From: Moniliella sp. 'wahieum'
Lineage: Eukaryota
Direction of reading: 5' to 3'
Assembly: GCA_003971905.1 (NCBI GenBank)
Contig: RSEE01000062.1
Span: 62,001 to 126,000 of the forward strand
Length of the DNA stretch: 64,000 bases
Positions within the stretch are counted from its first letter, which is position 1. Every line of letters starts with the position of its first letter. The notes under the pieces were generated by a model, which searched no databases, was not told the DNA's origin, and saw nothing but the letters and a program-made list of their open reading frames with translations. Shown piece by piece: positions 62,490 to 64,000 of this stretch. The translations under genes and the position numbers were made by a program.

Positions 62490-64000
62490 TCATTGATTGC
62501 CTTCCGAGCTGCTTGAGCGCGTCCAAGCCTGTCTCCCTCTCCGGGCACCCCTCTTCCCAGCACAACTTACATCTCTGTCGCGCAGGCCAGCGCACGCCCC
62601 ACTTCCGGCCGGGCAGCCGCCAGCGAGGTCAGGATGGCCTGTTCGTCGCCCTTCAACGACGCCACCGGTCGCGACCAGCAGTTGGGCGACACTGGTGTGC
62701 CCACCTCGAATGGCCGAGAAGAGCGGGGAGAAGCCGTACATGTCGCGCAGGTGTACGCTCGCGCCGCCTCCAACAACAGTCCCACCAGGTTCGTCGTGCC
62801 TGCCATCGCGGCCACGTGAAGCGCACATTGTTGGTCCAACATCGATACGGGTCCCCCAATCGCCTCCCCCCGGGCAAACGGGAGACCTGTTGTTGCTCCT
62901 CGATTTTGCTCAAGTAGTGCCGTACCGCCACCTCGTCTTCGCTCTGCACTGCTCGCAGCAGCAGCAAAGGCAGCATCACCCGTTCCGCCGCCGATTGCAC
63001 ATCGTGCGCCGTGATGGACCAGGGGCGGCGGGCGTCTGGGCTCCTTCTTGGTCGTTTCCGGGGCCAATGAGGTGGGAACGAGTGGCGTGCAGGATTGAAC
63101 AGAATGTCGCCCACGAGTTGCTGCACCCCAGGAAGCTTCAATGGCATATTGCCTTCCTCATCCGCCTCCAAGCCAGGTGGGTCGGCGGTCAACTCGCCCC
63201 GAAGCGAGGCACCGACCAAGGTACGTACCTGGTCTCGACTCAACTCGGGTTGCCCAACAGATAGGCCAACTTCATCAGGGCACACTCGGGAGTCATATCG
63301 GCTCCCGACACAACTCCTGCCTCGGCCAACTGTTTGCCAGCGGCATAAATCCCACTCACTGTGCCTTGCAGGCACTGGGTCACGTTGACCAGAACCACGC
63401 CTCGTTGGACGCCTCGGCAAACAAGTCTAGCAGGCTGGCGCCGGCATTGCCCGCTCCAAACGTCTCGATCACAGCGCCCTGGACAGGCGGCGCAGCGCTC
63501 GCACTGCGGTCCGCGACAAGCCCGGCACCAAGCGTAAGATCACCACGTCGGGACTGAGCCGGGTGGCAGGACGAAAACGACGCAAGTCACGTGGCCTCTG
63601 CACCAGCTGCCAGTTGACGCTAATGTCGATCCCTACGACCGCCAAAGGAGGCATGTTGGGCGAGTCAACGCGGCCAAGGCATCGTTGGATACCTTGGTGG
63701 ACCGGTTGCCTCGGAACAGCTTGGAGGCAAAGTACAGCGTCACTTCTGGAATGATGTACTTGCCCGCAAGCGTCAAGGCGCCGAGCACATTCTCGATCGC
63801 ATCGTTGCGCAGTTCGCTTAGAGGGACTTGGGCCCCTGTCACAATCACCGACTTGCCCAGATTTTCCAACAGCATAGACAAGGCACTTGCTGTGTAGGCC
63901 ATCGTGTCGGTGCCGTGGAGAACGATGAAAGAGTCAAAGTTGCATAGTTTAGTCCAATGTCCCGAGCCATACGCTTGTAATCGTCAAATCCATCTCGGAC
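62490..64000 (-). CDS. Type I L-asparaginase / 60-kDa lysophospholipase with C-terminal ankyrin repeats; 5' part lies beyond the window
   Basis: VLHGTDTMAYTASALS, VTGAQVP, RGNRSTKV, ETFGAGNA, VNVTQC, DMTPECAL.KL.YL, LRGELT, and ankyrin-like LHVAAMAG and VHLRDMYGFSPLF. Confidence 0.93.

Overview
Eukaryotic genomic DNA, most likely from a basidiomycete fungus (inferred from short GT-AG introns with CTRAC branch points and the gene families present). The first ~10 kb has no recognisable gene. The rest is gene-dense: an SDR oxidoreductase, an HSL-type alpha/beta hydrolase, a Ran1/Ksp1/Sks1-type kinase, a long hypothetical gene, a LAMMER kinase, a proline-racemase-family enzyme, an ARL5-like GTPase, a G-protein gamma subunit, a citrate lyase beta-like protein, GRC3/NOL9, CHL4/CENP-N, an SNG1/DUF3533 membrane protein, a pepsin-type protease, RPS25, an RlpA-like secreted protein, an SMP-30/gluconolactonase, a coiled-coil hypothetical protein and a 5'-truncated L-asparaginase. 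A CRE-clade non-LTR retrotransposon (RT plus restriction-like endonuclease) lies at ~43.2-46.2 kb, and a decayed relic of its 3' end lies at 12.3 kb. Most genes carry single-base indels, which looks like unpolished long-read error, so many CDS ends are approximate. The most unusual signal is intergenic: arrays with a 7-bp period built as TNA + 4 variable bases. Their units form at least 13 of the 16 possible A..T palindromic hexamers, and I saw none in coding DNA. Other notable details are a 4-nt microexon, an intron-split start codon in RPS25 and a Helitron-like double-hairpin terminus. All calls are from reading motifs by eye; no database search was run.
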